A stretch of 64,000 nt of DNA from Tubiluchus corallicola. Lineage: Eukaryota > Animalia > Priapulida. Shown one piece after another: positions 1 to 12,900 of the stretch (positions are counted from its first letter, which is position 1; each line of letters opens with the position of its first letter). The translations under genes and the position numbers were made by a program. The notes under the pieces are model-generated. The model ran no database searches. It was given only the letters and a program-made list of their open reading frames with translations, and had not been told where the DNA came from. The stretch is taken from contig JAQGDQ010000997.1 in the NCBI GenBank assembly GCA_030141605.1, forward strand, positions 7,541 through 71,540, read 5' to 3'.

Positions 1-546
1 CACCACAATAGACTTTATACACTATTTACAAGAACATTTACAGTAAGAATAGATTATAACTACACAAGCTGACAAGTTTTACTACAAGATTACATTAGAC
101 ATTAGTAACATTTACAGTAAGAATAGACTATAACTACACAAGCTGACAAGTTTTACTACAAGATTACATTAGACATTAGTAACATTTACAGTAAGAATAG
201 ACTATAACTACACAAGCTGACAAGTTTTACTACAAGATTACATTAGACATTAGTAACATTTACAGTAAGAATAGACTATAACTACACAAGCTGACAAGTT
301 TTACTACGAGATTACATTAGACATTAGTAGAAAATGACGGTTAGTAAATATTAATGTACGATTATTTAAGACTGATGCATTTCATATCAGATAGAAACTA
401 CTGGAAGCGTTTAGTACGTAATATAAAGTCATGTATACATTGGAATATTTTACAGTTAGCAACATAGTTAAATTCATCTTTTCCGAATAATAACAACTTC
501 AACAGATCATTAGTTCCTAAGGCAGCTTATATTAAGGTTTTCCGGC
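1..546 (-). mobile_element. 5'-truncated LINE (CR1/L2 group, family A) 3' end with 4 x 74-bp repeat; mirror of 55925..56470
   Basis: Same C-terminus (LLLFGKDEFNYVANCKIFQCIHDFILRTKRFQ) and 3' UTR as the other copies. Confidence 0.85.
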
Positions 547-689
547 AGAAGCCAGTTAATGGGATTTTGATAACAAATTTGAAAATCACGCCAGAAGTGG
601 TTTCCAAAAATATGTTCAACGTTTTTGTTTCATCAGTATCAATTTTGCATCAATTTTGGTAGAAGCCGTTGTAAATTTGTTATTTAATA

Positions 690-1200
690 CTACTTTATTT
701 TTTGATTTATTTATTTTATTTATTTATTTATTTATTTTATTTATTTATTTATAATACATCTACGAACTGAAGTCAAGAGGCTTATATGTCCATTAAAACA
801 CCGTAAAACATCGACAACGTACAGAAAGTAAAATTACTGCTAAAAGTAGAAAATACATAGTATATGGTTAGTACAATATAAACACACAAGTAGGTGTAAA
901 TAGACTAAAAGTGCCGGTAAAAAGATTAAAACTTGATTAGTACGATAAAATTGTATAATTATGGTAAAAAATTTACGTCTTACATCATTTATCAAATCAA
1001 ATATTTTCTAGTAAATATTTTTTTAAAAGTTTCTTAAATTTATTTATATTACTGGCTTGTTTTATTTTACTGGGTAAATTATTCCACATTACAGCATCAT
1101 TATACATGACTGAATGTTTCATAACGTTTGTTCTGCTCTTAGGAATACGGAATTTGTGGTATTGTCGAGTTTGATGTGAATACATACTGCTTTTATCTGA
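690..1200 (-). mobile_element. CR1/L2-type LINE 3' end with (AAAT)n tail; mirror ~55271..55781
   Basis: SHQTRQ...PKSRTN...WNNLPSKIKQASNINKFKKLLKKYLL, a typical ORF2 terminus. Confidence 0.75.
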
Positions 1201-1220
1201 TTTAATTAATATTTTTCTAG

Positions 1221-1351
1221 ATCGTAGCACGAAGAGGAAAATCCGTTTGGTTTAAACTAAAAAGTTGGTTCAACAGTCCGTGGAATAGATTCGATCTTGT
1301 TATGTATTTCATGTTCATACTATCAGTCGTTTTACGACTCTTACTAACCGG
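1221..1351 (+). CDS. TRPM: TRPM copy A exon (S2-S3 linker, S3)
   Basis: ttctag|IVARRGKSVWFKLKSWFNSPWNRFDLVMYFMFILSVVLRLLLTG|gtgagt. Confidence 0.92.
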
Positions 1352-4300
1352 GTGAGTGTTTATTAATATTGTTACGGAGGCACCTGTGTCGGGTCAGGTG
1401 TAGGACCCTCTACACGCCCTGCTTCCACGTCAGCAGCGACTCACCCCTTTCTTGTAGGTCCAGACGTCTTGTTTGGGCCTACACGTGGTGTGAGAAGCCA
1501 GCTGACCTGGAATGCCAGTATAAAAGCGTGTAGAGGTCACTACAACCTTGATTTCTGACACAGGTGCTCCTCAGGTGTAGTGCTGTTACTGAGTTGGTTA
1601 GTTATTTTTTCGTGCACGTGTATTTTGTTCCCTGTTTTTATTAGTGCTGATAATAAGCTCCGTAATTTTTGTGTTTTATTTTGTGAAAGTTAAGTGACTT
1701 ACTATAACAGGTATATGGTACTAGTTTAATTACCTTGCTTAATTAGCATAACATTTGTAATTAACATTAACATTTGTAGTTAAGTAATCAGTTACACAAC
1801 GATTGTAAAATGGATCTTCATGATGCGCAATATCAAGACTGCCATGCCATCTTGGAGTTCGACCCCCTGAGTCGATTTCAGTCCAATATTAATATAGTCA
1901 GTAAATCATAATTAATTTAATTAGCTGAGAAGCTTACAAACAATACGGCAGTAACCAGCAGCAAAAAGTAAGAGGTCAGTATGGGTCACCAAGTCCGTTG
2001 ACCTATTCAAATGACGTGAATGAAGCACTAAATGAAGACAGGATGATTTTTCACACACTACCTTATTTTCAAGTCCGTTTAAAATTATACATTTTAACAC
2101 GATTAATACTGCAAAAGCGTTTCTGATAATTAAACAATAGATTAAAAACTTAATTAACGGCGGGTGAGCCCAACTATTGATGACATCACAAACCAACATA
2201 ACTTTTAACAACAAAAATATTCCACGAGCGTGTTGCACGTGTTTGCGAAAACGAAAATTGAAGTACAGTGTTAATGTAAGATATTCAGTGTGAAGTACTA
2301 AAACTAGGCATTGTTATATAAATACATCAACAACATCAACAACATCAACAATATCAACCACATCAACAACATCAACAACATCAACCACATCAACAATATT
2401 AACAACATCAACAATATCAACAACATCAACAATATTAACGCGCCCTTCATCAAAAATAAGCTTCCTCTTGGAGTCAACATTAAATCCAAGGACACACAAT
2501 ATTAAACAAATACGCACTAATAACAAATACGGCAACAATTCTATCACTAAACAAGGAGTTCAACTTTGGAATACACTGCCATCAAATTTAAAACAAATCA
2601 AGTCTTTCGATGAATTCAAATCAAAATTAAAAATACATACATTAAATCGTTTTGAAAACCCAACATACGTAAACGATAATATATGTTCATCAGCAAATTT
2701 TATTTACCCACGTCCATTTTAAAAATATATGTATATATTGTATATAGTCTATTATAATTTCCGTGTAATATTATAATGTATATATTGTTTTAAATTTTTG
2801 GCACAGTAGTTTTTAGTTTGCGCTGGTTTGCTTTTAACAGTTGTGTGAATTTTATTCTCATGCTGCGATGTTCTTTTATGCTTTTATAGTTATGAATATC
2901 GATTTTTATGGCAAATAAAGGTTATATATATATATAAAACAGTTCGTTCAAATTTTTCAGAAGGAGTTTTCGATGGGCAAGAGTTTCATACAGCATTACA
3001 TTACTGCTCTTCTATCTTAGATCTGTGCAAATGTTTTATGCTCACAAAGATCTGGGACCAAAAATTATTATGATTCGTCGAATGGTAAGTCAGCCATACT
3101 TATAAGTTCCAACCCTAATACAATCACTTGTATGTCACGTGATCTGCTAAAAGTATTTGCTCATTTTTTTCTAATAGGGTTGTTCAGGTTTAGTATGGTT
3201 TAGCAGAAATTGTAAATGATTTACCATCGGTAAAAGCTGGAAATGCAAACCTTTTTAAACGGTTATTAAATTATGACGATCTAAATGCTTTCTTAGTATT
3301 TAACCGGTACATCTAAGAAGCGTTTGCCCTTTTTGTGTCTCCCCCACACCACGCCTCATTATTATGCTACTTATATTATGCGTATGCGATGATGTATGTG
3401 TTTGTATGCATATGTATATATTTTTATGTATATTTGTTTACTTTTATATTTGGTGTGAAATAAACTAAACTAAACTGAACTGAGCTGAGCTGAGTTGAGC
3501 TGAGCTGAGCTGAGCTGGGCTGGGCTGGGCTGAGCTGAGCTGGGCTGGGCTGAGCTGGGCTGAGCTGAGCTGAGCTGGGCTGAGCTGAGCTAAGCTGAGC
3601 TGAGCTAAACTAAACTGAGCTGAGCTGAGCTGAGCAAACTGAACTGAGCTGAGCTGAGCTGAGCTGAGCTGAGCAAACTGAACTGAGCTGAGCTGAGCTG
3701 AGCAAACTGAACTGAGCTGAGCTGAGCTGAGCAAACTGAACTGAGCTGAGCTGAGCTGAGCAAACTGAACTGAGCTGAGCAAACTGAGCTGAGCTGAGCA
3801 AACTGAACTGAGCTGAGCTGAGCTGAGCAAACTGAACTGAGCTGAGCTGAGCTGAGCAAACTGAACTGAGCTGAGCTGAGCTGAGCTGAGCCTGAGCCTG
3901 AGCCGAGCCGAGCCGAGCCGAGCCGAGCCGATACCTCATACACGTAGCACTTGCTTTTCAAACTAATTGTTCAGTTTTACATTTTTATCCTTCTCCATAT
4001 TAGCATTTGATCACTTTCCATATCACTCCAGTCCAGGCTGCTTCCCGTCGTATCCTTGAAGATGTGGATGCAGAGACTGATGACGATGATGATGGCTCAA
4101 GCACACCATTACTGTGTAACTTTCACTCATGTCGTAAAGGAAGACGCTTGTCTCCATCACCCCCATCCCGTAATAATTCATTTGTCCTACTGATAATTCA
4201 CATGCAGGACGCATCTATGACAGTTCGTTTCGAAGGATATAATGTAAAGATGTGCTTTGTTTCGTGCGTTTTACATTGCTGGTTGTTGGCATCCTTCTGT

Positions 4301-5200
4301 CTCGGAAGACAATGGAATGCACGCAAAGAGAGTCCGATCCTTGAGCGTCTCCAGGGCGCACGCCTGGGCAAGGTGTATGGAGATCCTGAGTTGCCCAGAC
4401 AACAGGAACCCCCTCTCTTCACTTGACCTCCTCCGCCCTCTAGCCGTTGGCTGCTTGTGCAGCTCCTCCACCTAGTGTCGAGATACAGTGTGGAGATCCC
4501 GCAAGATTACAGCTCCTGGTATTCCTAGGTGGTTACCCATCCAAGCACTAACCAGGCTCTGCGTTGCTTAACTTTGGTGATCAAACGAGAACCGGTGTTT
4601 TCAACGTGATTTAAATACGTCTCTGTTACTACCAATAATCGGTGAAATAAGTAACTAAAATTGAAAGACTCAAATCTGCTCTGGTTGCCGTAACATCTCA
4701 AGGTAAATAATTGATGCTGTGTTGGTTGCTATGGTAAAATCAGTCAGCCAGCTCAGTTCTCATTAACACTGCCATTATTCTTCTTGTCATTAAAAATCTT
4801 GTTGGCGTGTTTCGTTCTTGGAATCTTTACCATTGGAATTCTCTATCATTACATGTTAAACAAATCAAGTCCTTATCAGCATTTAAAACAAAATTAAAAT
4901 CACTAATATTAACCAGATATGAAATACCATCACACCAGCACGACAACATACACACTAATTCAGAATTCATATATCCACGGCCATATTAATTAAATCACAA
5001 TTTTTTCAATTTTTGTGCATAGTTGTAAATATGTTTGATTTTATTCGTCGTTACTTTCCATTACTGCACAGTAGTTTAGATTACACTGATCTGCATTTGC
5101 CTTTAGCAGTGTAAGTTTTTATTAACTAACACTGATTGATCATCTCTGTAAAGTTTTTATCAGTGATTATCAATGTATTTTAATGGCAAATAAAGATTAT

Positions 5201-5285
<85 letters not shown>

Positions 5286-8200
5286 TAACTCCATATCTTT
5301 GTGCTGCCTTAATGACTAGTTAATATAATATTCATTTGAGTAAGTGTAAAATGAGGAAACCTCATGAGCCTACATTTAAAATTTTTAATCTTCTGTGCAA
5401 AACTGCTCTATAACTTCCCAAAGTTTTGGAAAACTCCATTCGTAGTTCAGCGCAACTCTCTAACAACCAAAACTGTGAAGGATTTTGGGTTATTTTATTA
5501 CTTCAGTGTTCTCCCATTCTGTGAACCCCCTATACTGTCCTTTTCAACTGCATTCATGCATGTCTTGACTTGGCTTCTTTCTGTCATGCTCTACTAACAG
5601 AGCTAGTTTACCTGGCTAGTTGGCAGTCTGTCCTTGGCTAAGAGAGTTGTTGTTGTTGTTGTTGTTATTGTTGTTGTTGTTGTTTGTCTCAGTTAAACCA
5701 TCATTTGTCAGGAGTAGTAGAGCCATGATGTAAGTTTATTCAGTCTGACTTTATTATCAATTTCTTTGTTTCTTTTTTTGGTTCAAATTACTTTGTTATA
5801 TTTTGTTAAGATTTTTCTTACAGATAAAACGTAATAAAGCTACTCAAACATGAATTTTTTCACTTTGGGCATCATGAAGTAGTAGTCTCTCAAAAAAACA
5901 TTATTTCATTTTTGCAGCTCAACGATTTGGTATTTTTTCTATTCATTCTGGTGGTCTTCATTTTGAGTTTTGGCATTCCTATGCAAGCTTTGAACTATCC
6001 AAACCAACCATTGACGCTCGGATTGCTTGGATCAGTTCTTCATAAACCATACTTCCACATTTACGGAGAACTGTTCATGGAAGAGCCAAGTACGTATTTT
6101 AACGGAAAGACCAAGTCACTCAGTATGTTGGGTTTATTTTACTGTTATCGCTTAAACTGTCTGTCGTGTGTTAAAGAAATGGACAAGTCACTTAGCATGT
6201 TGGGTTTCTTTACTGTTATCACTTAAACTGTCTGTGGTGTGCTAAAGGAAACAACAAGTCACTCAGTATGTTGGGTTTATTTTACTGTTATCGCTTAAAC
6301 TGTTTGTGGTGTGCTAAAGGAAAGAACAAGTCACTTAGCATGCTGGGTTTGTTTTACTGTTATCACTTAAACTGTTTGTGGTGTGCTAAAGGAAAGAACA
6401 AGTCACTCAGTATGTTGGGCTTGTTTTACTGTTATCACTTAAACTGTTTGTGGTGTGCTAAAGGAAAGAACAAGTCACTCAGTATGTTAGGTTTATTTTG
6501 TTCTTATCACTTAAACTGTTTGTGGTGTGCTAGAGGAAAGAACAAGTCACTCAGTATGTTGGGTTTATTTTACTGTTATCACTTAAACTGTTTGTGGTGT
6601 GCTACAGGAAAGGACAAGTCACTCAGTATGTTGGGTTTATTTTACTGTTATCACTTAAACTGTTTGTGGTGTGCTAAAGAAAAGAACAAGTCACTCAGTA
6701 TGTTGGGTTTATTTTACTGTTATCACTTAAACTGTTTGTGGTGTGCTAAAGGAAAGGACAAGTCACTCAGCATGTTGGGTTTATTTTACTGTTATCACTT
6801 AAACTGTTTGTGGTGTGCTAAAGGAAAGAACAAGTCATTCAGTATGTTGAGTTTATTTTACTGTTATCACTTAAACTGTTTGTGGTGTGCTAAAGGAAAG
6901 AACAAGTCACTCAGTATGTTGGGTTTATTTTACTGTTATCACTTAAACTGTTTGTGGTGTGCTAAAGGAAAGAACAAGTCACTCAGTATGTTGGGTTTAT
7001 TTTGCTGTTACCACTTAAGCTGTTTGTGGTGTGCTAAAGGAAAGAACAAGTCACTCAGTATGTTGGGTTTATTTTAGTGTTAATACTTAAACTGTTTGTG
7101 GTGTGCTAAAGGAAAGAACAAGTCACTCAGTATGTTAGGTTTGTTTTACTGTTATCACTTAAACTGTTTGTGGTGTGCTAAAGGAAAGAACAAGTCACTC
7201 AGTATGTTGGGCTTATTTTGCTGTTATCACTTAAACTGTTTGTGGAGTGCTAAAGGAAAGAACATGTCACTCAGTATGTTGGGTTTATTCTACTGTTATC
7301 GCTAAAACTGTTTGTGGTGTGCTAAAGGAAAGAACAAGTCACCCAGTATGTTTTGTTTTTATTTTACTGTTATCATTTAAACTGTTTGTGAAGTGCTAAA
7401 GGAAAGAACAAGTTACTCAGTATGTTGGTTTTGTTTTACTGTTACCACTTAAACTGTTTGTGGTGTGCTATCTGAAATACGTTTGCGACACCTTTATTTT
7501 ACATATAATCAAGGTTAAGAATTGTTTATTTTTTTTTAGTTCCGGAAGTGGTCAATTACTGTGAACAACCGGGTAACTCTTCGGCTGATTCTACTTCAGA
7601 CATTGACCACTGCGTATCGGAAAATGTATTTCTTGTTCCGCTGCTTACAGCCCTGTACATGATGCTGACAAATGTATTGTTGTTGAATCTACTGATAGCC
7701 ATGTTCAGGTAGGTACTTTGTGCTAGATTTATTTAAAGCAAAACCGGATCCAATCTCAAACTGTAGGTCAAAACAAGCTACTCTTTAAAATATTAAAAGG
7801 GAACATACTATTTGTTCAAAAATGACTTACGTGAAACCCATTGTTGTTGGCATCATACGCGCAGGAGAATCGGATTTTCTCAGCTAAACTATGACCTTTT
7901 CTCTAAAGGCTGTAAAGATAATAACGGTCATCCACTATTGCCGAATTGTAACTGTGGATTTCGATTTGAGTCTGTTGAATACTTTTTGTTGCACTGCCCA
8001 TTGTATCAACAAACTAGGGTTGTTATGTTTGATAAATTAAATGAAATGCTTCTGCCCGGAAACCTTAATATAGCTGCCTTAGGAACTAATGATCTGTTGA
8101 AGTTGTTATTATTCGGAAAAGATGAATTTAACTATGTTACTAGCTGTAAAATATTCCAATGTATACATGACTTTTTATTACGTACTAAATGCTTCCAGTA

Positions 8201-9871
8201 GTTTCTATCTGATATGAAATGCATCAATCTTAAATATTCTGACATTGATACTTTCTAATCGTCATTTTCTACTAATGTCTAATGTAATCTTAAAGTAAAA
8301 CTTGTCAGCTTATGTAGTTATAGTCAATTCTTACTGTAAATGTTTTTGCAAATAGTGTATAAAGTCCGTTGTAGTGAGGATCCTAAATCATGTTGTTCAA
8401 ACTGTCTGATCCAATCCTAAATAAATTATGTTTAAACTAAAGATTTTGTGTTTAAATTGAGGCGCACTTACAAATCTCCGACGCCTCTTTTTTTATCAAT
8501 AATCGTCTTGAACTAGATAAGATTTCTCTTACAAAAATTTGCCAAGTTCAGTGCCAACATGCTAACTGCTGAATTTTACTAAATCTAATGTTTTCATTTT
8601 TCAGTTACACGTTTCAAATGGTGCAAGATAACTCGGAAAAAGTGTGGCGATTTCATAGGTATTCTTTGATATCCGAATTTTCGGAGCGCCCGGTACTGGC
8701 TCCGCCCTTCATCGTCTTTAGCCACGCCTATCGAATGTGTGTCTACTTTTGGAGTCGAATCCGCGGAATAGAATACACGCCGTCTTCGACCAGCTTCAGT
8801 AAAGATTCTTTATGATTCATTAAAAGAGATTTCGTAACGTCTAAAGTGCAAGTCCTCGTTTGAAGCGTTTCTGATTTAATAAAAGCAAATTTGAAGCCAG
8901 CGAAATGAAGGAGAATTGCAAAAAATGGCTTCGCTGTGCAACGGCACATAATCATTTCATGACTTTCGCACAAGTGCATCTAAGACATTTTTTTGTATAG
9001 TTTTTAGTCTTTATTGTAGTATTTTATTGTAGTGTGATGTAATGTTTTTATAGTTTTATATGGCTTTTTATGCTGAAATGCACCATACCATACCATACCA
9101 TACCATGCCATGCCATACCATACCATACCATACCATACCATACCATACCATACCATACCATACCATACCATACCATACCATACCATACCATACCATACCA
9201 TACCATACCATACCATACCATACCATACCATACCATACCATACCATACCATACCATACCATACCATACCATACCATACCATACATACCATACCATACCAT
9301 ACCATACCAAACCATAGCATAGCATAGCATATCATACCATACCATACTATACTATACTAGTAAAAAATATATATCTGAAATGCCTAAGACTTGGGTTCGA
9401 GTCCCGCTGTGATAGTTTTTGTACTAAAAAACTACAAACTATCTAATCTAATACAGTCATGGGGTGAACCTATAATACAACACAGAGAAATTTTGTATGA
9501 TCGTTCCGATTTTAGAATTCTTATTAATCTTCAAAAGACAAATTCTAAAATTTCAGTATCTTTTGAGATTACTGTTTGTAATTCTCGAGGATTTAAACAT
9601 TGAATTGGAATTTAAGAATTTGGTATATCAATTTTTCTGCATTTTTATGTTACTTCACAGGAAACTTGCTGCATTAATAACCTTGATTTTAGCACGCTCT
9701 TTAATACTTCTTGTTTAGCATCACTGTAAGAAATGTTATATGTACAAATTAGAAAAGCTAATTACAGAATCCGTAAATGTAATATTGTAGAATTCACTCT
9801 GTATAGTGTCTATGTAAAATTGTATAATGTTGGTGCAGAAACTTTTGCCTGCAAAAAGAGGCTCATAAAGA

Positions 9872-9948
<77 letters not shown>

Positions 9949-12900
9949 ACATCGTCGTCGTCGTCGTCGTCGTCGTCATCATCATCATTATCAATATCTT
10001 TTTAGTTTATATTTGTTGTTTACAGGATACACAAAAGTTAGACTGAAAAGTTTCGTGTGTCTAATCTATGGTTATCAAGTGTGATAATCAATTGAGACGT
10101 TGCGACTCAAATCTTCCTGCTGATTCTTTCATGTTTTTTCCAGAAAAAAAGCTGTCACGAGAGGAGAATTCCCGATTGTCTGCTTTTGAGAAATCAGGGA
10201 TGGAGAATTACCTGAACTACAATCAGCAGCTTTGTCGCGAGGAAATTCATCACAAAGTCACTTCTACAAGTGAAAGGTAAGAAGAGGCGATGCAAGAACC
10301 AAACGAGTTCTCTGTTGTGGAGATCTACTAGAATTAAGTAGAATATTGTAGAATGTTCTATAGTATAGTAGAACAATCTTCTTACCTTGTAAAAGTTTCT
10401 AGAACTTTCTATTTCTAGATTGTTCATTTGCACTGATATATAAGGCGGAGCTGGCCGCTGGAGTTTATTCTCTCACAATCTCCTGTATCCTCGTATTCTC
10501 ATATTCTCAGACACGCGTTCACGTTTCCGGATAATCACATTTACTGTGAACATTTCGTGTTCCTTCATACTTTTGTGTTGTAGAATTCTCGTATAGTAAA
10601 CTAGTTTAATTTTGACGACGTGTTTTCTGGTTTCCCTACGAGCCTTTCGAGAGAAACAAAACACAATATTCTCCAATTCTTTTTATTTGTTTAGTAGGCA
10701 GTTTTGAATTTTACTCTACTGTGTCTTCATTCATAACTTGCTTGTTTCTACTTACGATCAATCTTTCAAAGCTTATTACAGACCTAGTCGTGTATATTAT
10801 AGTATATACATTCCAGTGTCCAAGCGCAAAAATCAATAATTTTAATGTGTTCGACGATAACGATAAATTATGTCAGGTGATATTTGTTTAAAAGAATGTG
10901 CCAAAACCTGCCACCTAGCGATGGAACGTGCCAAACCCTCCGCCTAGCGATGCAACGTGCCAAAACCCGCCGTCTAGCGATGCAACGTGCCAAAACCCGC
11001 CGTCTAGCGATGGAACGTGCCAAAACCTGCCACCTAGCGGTGGAACGTGTCAAAACCCGCCGCCTAGCGATGGAATGTGCCAAAACCTGCCACCTAGCGA
11101 TGGAATGTGCCAAAACCTGCCACCTAGCGATGGAATGTGCCAAAACCTGCCACCTAGCGATGGAATGTGCCAAAATCTGCCGCCTAGCGGTGGAACGTGT
11201 CAAAACCCGCCACCTAGCGATGGAACGTGCCAAAACCTGCCGCCTAGCGATGGAATGTGCCAAAACCTGCCGTCTAGCGATGGAACGTGCCAAAACCTGC
11301 CACCTAATGCTGGAAAGAAGAAATTTTTTTAACTAGTGTAATGATATGTTTGTTAAATTTAGATGTTTAATGTTTGTTAAAAACTAGTTTAATTTATATG
11401 TAAGATGATTATTTTAATGGTTTTTAAGGTTTCTCATAACTATTTCAATAGAGTGGCTTTTAATTTACTGTACTTTTGCGTACTTTTGTGTTTTAAATTG
11501 TTGTAAAATGAAAGGTGGCACTATAGTTAGCTAATTATAGGATACTATACTGTACTGTACTGCACTACGTTACGCTATGCTATGCTATGCTATGCTATGC
11601 TATGCTATCCTATCCTATCCTATCCTATCCTATCCTATCCTATCCTATCCTATCCTATCCTATCCTATCCTATCCTATCCTATCCTATCCTATCCTATCC
11701 TATCCTATACCATACCATACCATACCATACCATACCATACCATATCATACCATACCATATCATATCATCCCATATCATACCATACCATATCATACCATCC
11801 ATACCATACCATACCATACCATAGCATACCATACCATACCATACCATGCCATACCATACTAGTAAAAATTATATATCTGATATGCTTAAGACTTGGGTTC
11901 GAGTCCCGCTGTGATACTTTTTGTACTAAAAAACTACAAACTTTCTAATTCATAAATTTACCCACACTTGTGACATGCTGTTATACAATAATAGGTAGCA
12001 ACTTTTATTTCAGTTTTGGCTACAATGTGTAATAGCTGCCCAATCTTAGCTCTTAACTGCAAGCTAAAAATACGGACTAGTTAAAGAGATGTCACATTTC
12101 AAGGACGAAAACTACAAAAAGGACAAACTGTCAATGATAATTGTCCGTTAATGAAAAGTTATAGTTAATTTTCTAATGATTTTTGGTGTCCTTGGTTTGG
12201 ACAGGTCTAAGAATAGTTCGGATACGTTCCACAGATGTCACTGTTAGGGCGCTTCAGATAATGAATTCTTTGACAAAATTGCTTGATTTAAAGTGCTAGA
12301 ATAATAAACATTTTCCAGTTTCAGCGATTGGTGGTGATCGTGAAAAGGTAAAAGGTTAAGTGATCCATACATATGTGAACACTTGACAACACCTCGCAGC
12401 CCAAGCTATTGTAAACAGTGTAAACAGCTACCTAGAACCTTACCTAGTTCGTTTTTTCTTGTTCCCAAGCAAGATCCTGCTAGTTAATCACTCTAGTAAG
12501 ATTCTGTTAGTAATGTATAATTAAGCGAAGTCCACGGGAAATAATTGATGTTACTGAACTGATGCGACAGACGGCTTTGCTTTAGCCACCTGTTACCTGA
12601 CGCTTGTAGTCAAGTTGCGTTGCCGTGGTACGCTTCACTTTTGACCTACAGCAACTGCGCATGCGCACAGCGAAACTGTGAAAAGGCTTAATAAGGCTCA
12701 TAAAAGTATTCTTCTTTCTCGTAAAACGCATTCAACACTGACTCTCATACTGTTTTTCATTAGCAAGAAAAATTTCTTGTTCTGCTTCTCTCTTTCCCCG
12801 TTTCTCTTCTAAAATAGATTAGATTAGATTTATTAGATTTATTTCGCAATAAACATATACGTATACATTACACGTGCATCGATAATCAGTTTTTGTTAAT

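Noticed and set aside
4004-4426. 139-aa ORF / possible extra TRPM exon with an acidic stretch behind a good acceptor
   Set aside because: The candidate donors I checked (4116, 4134, 4170) do not preserve frame, it would interrupt the S4-S5 linker, and the 3' half is antisense SINE.
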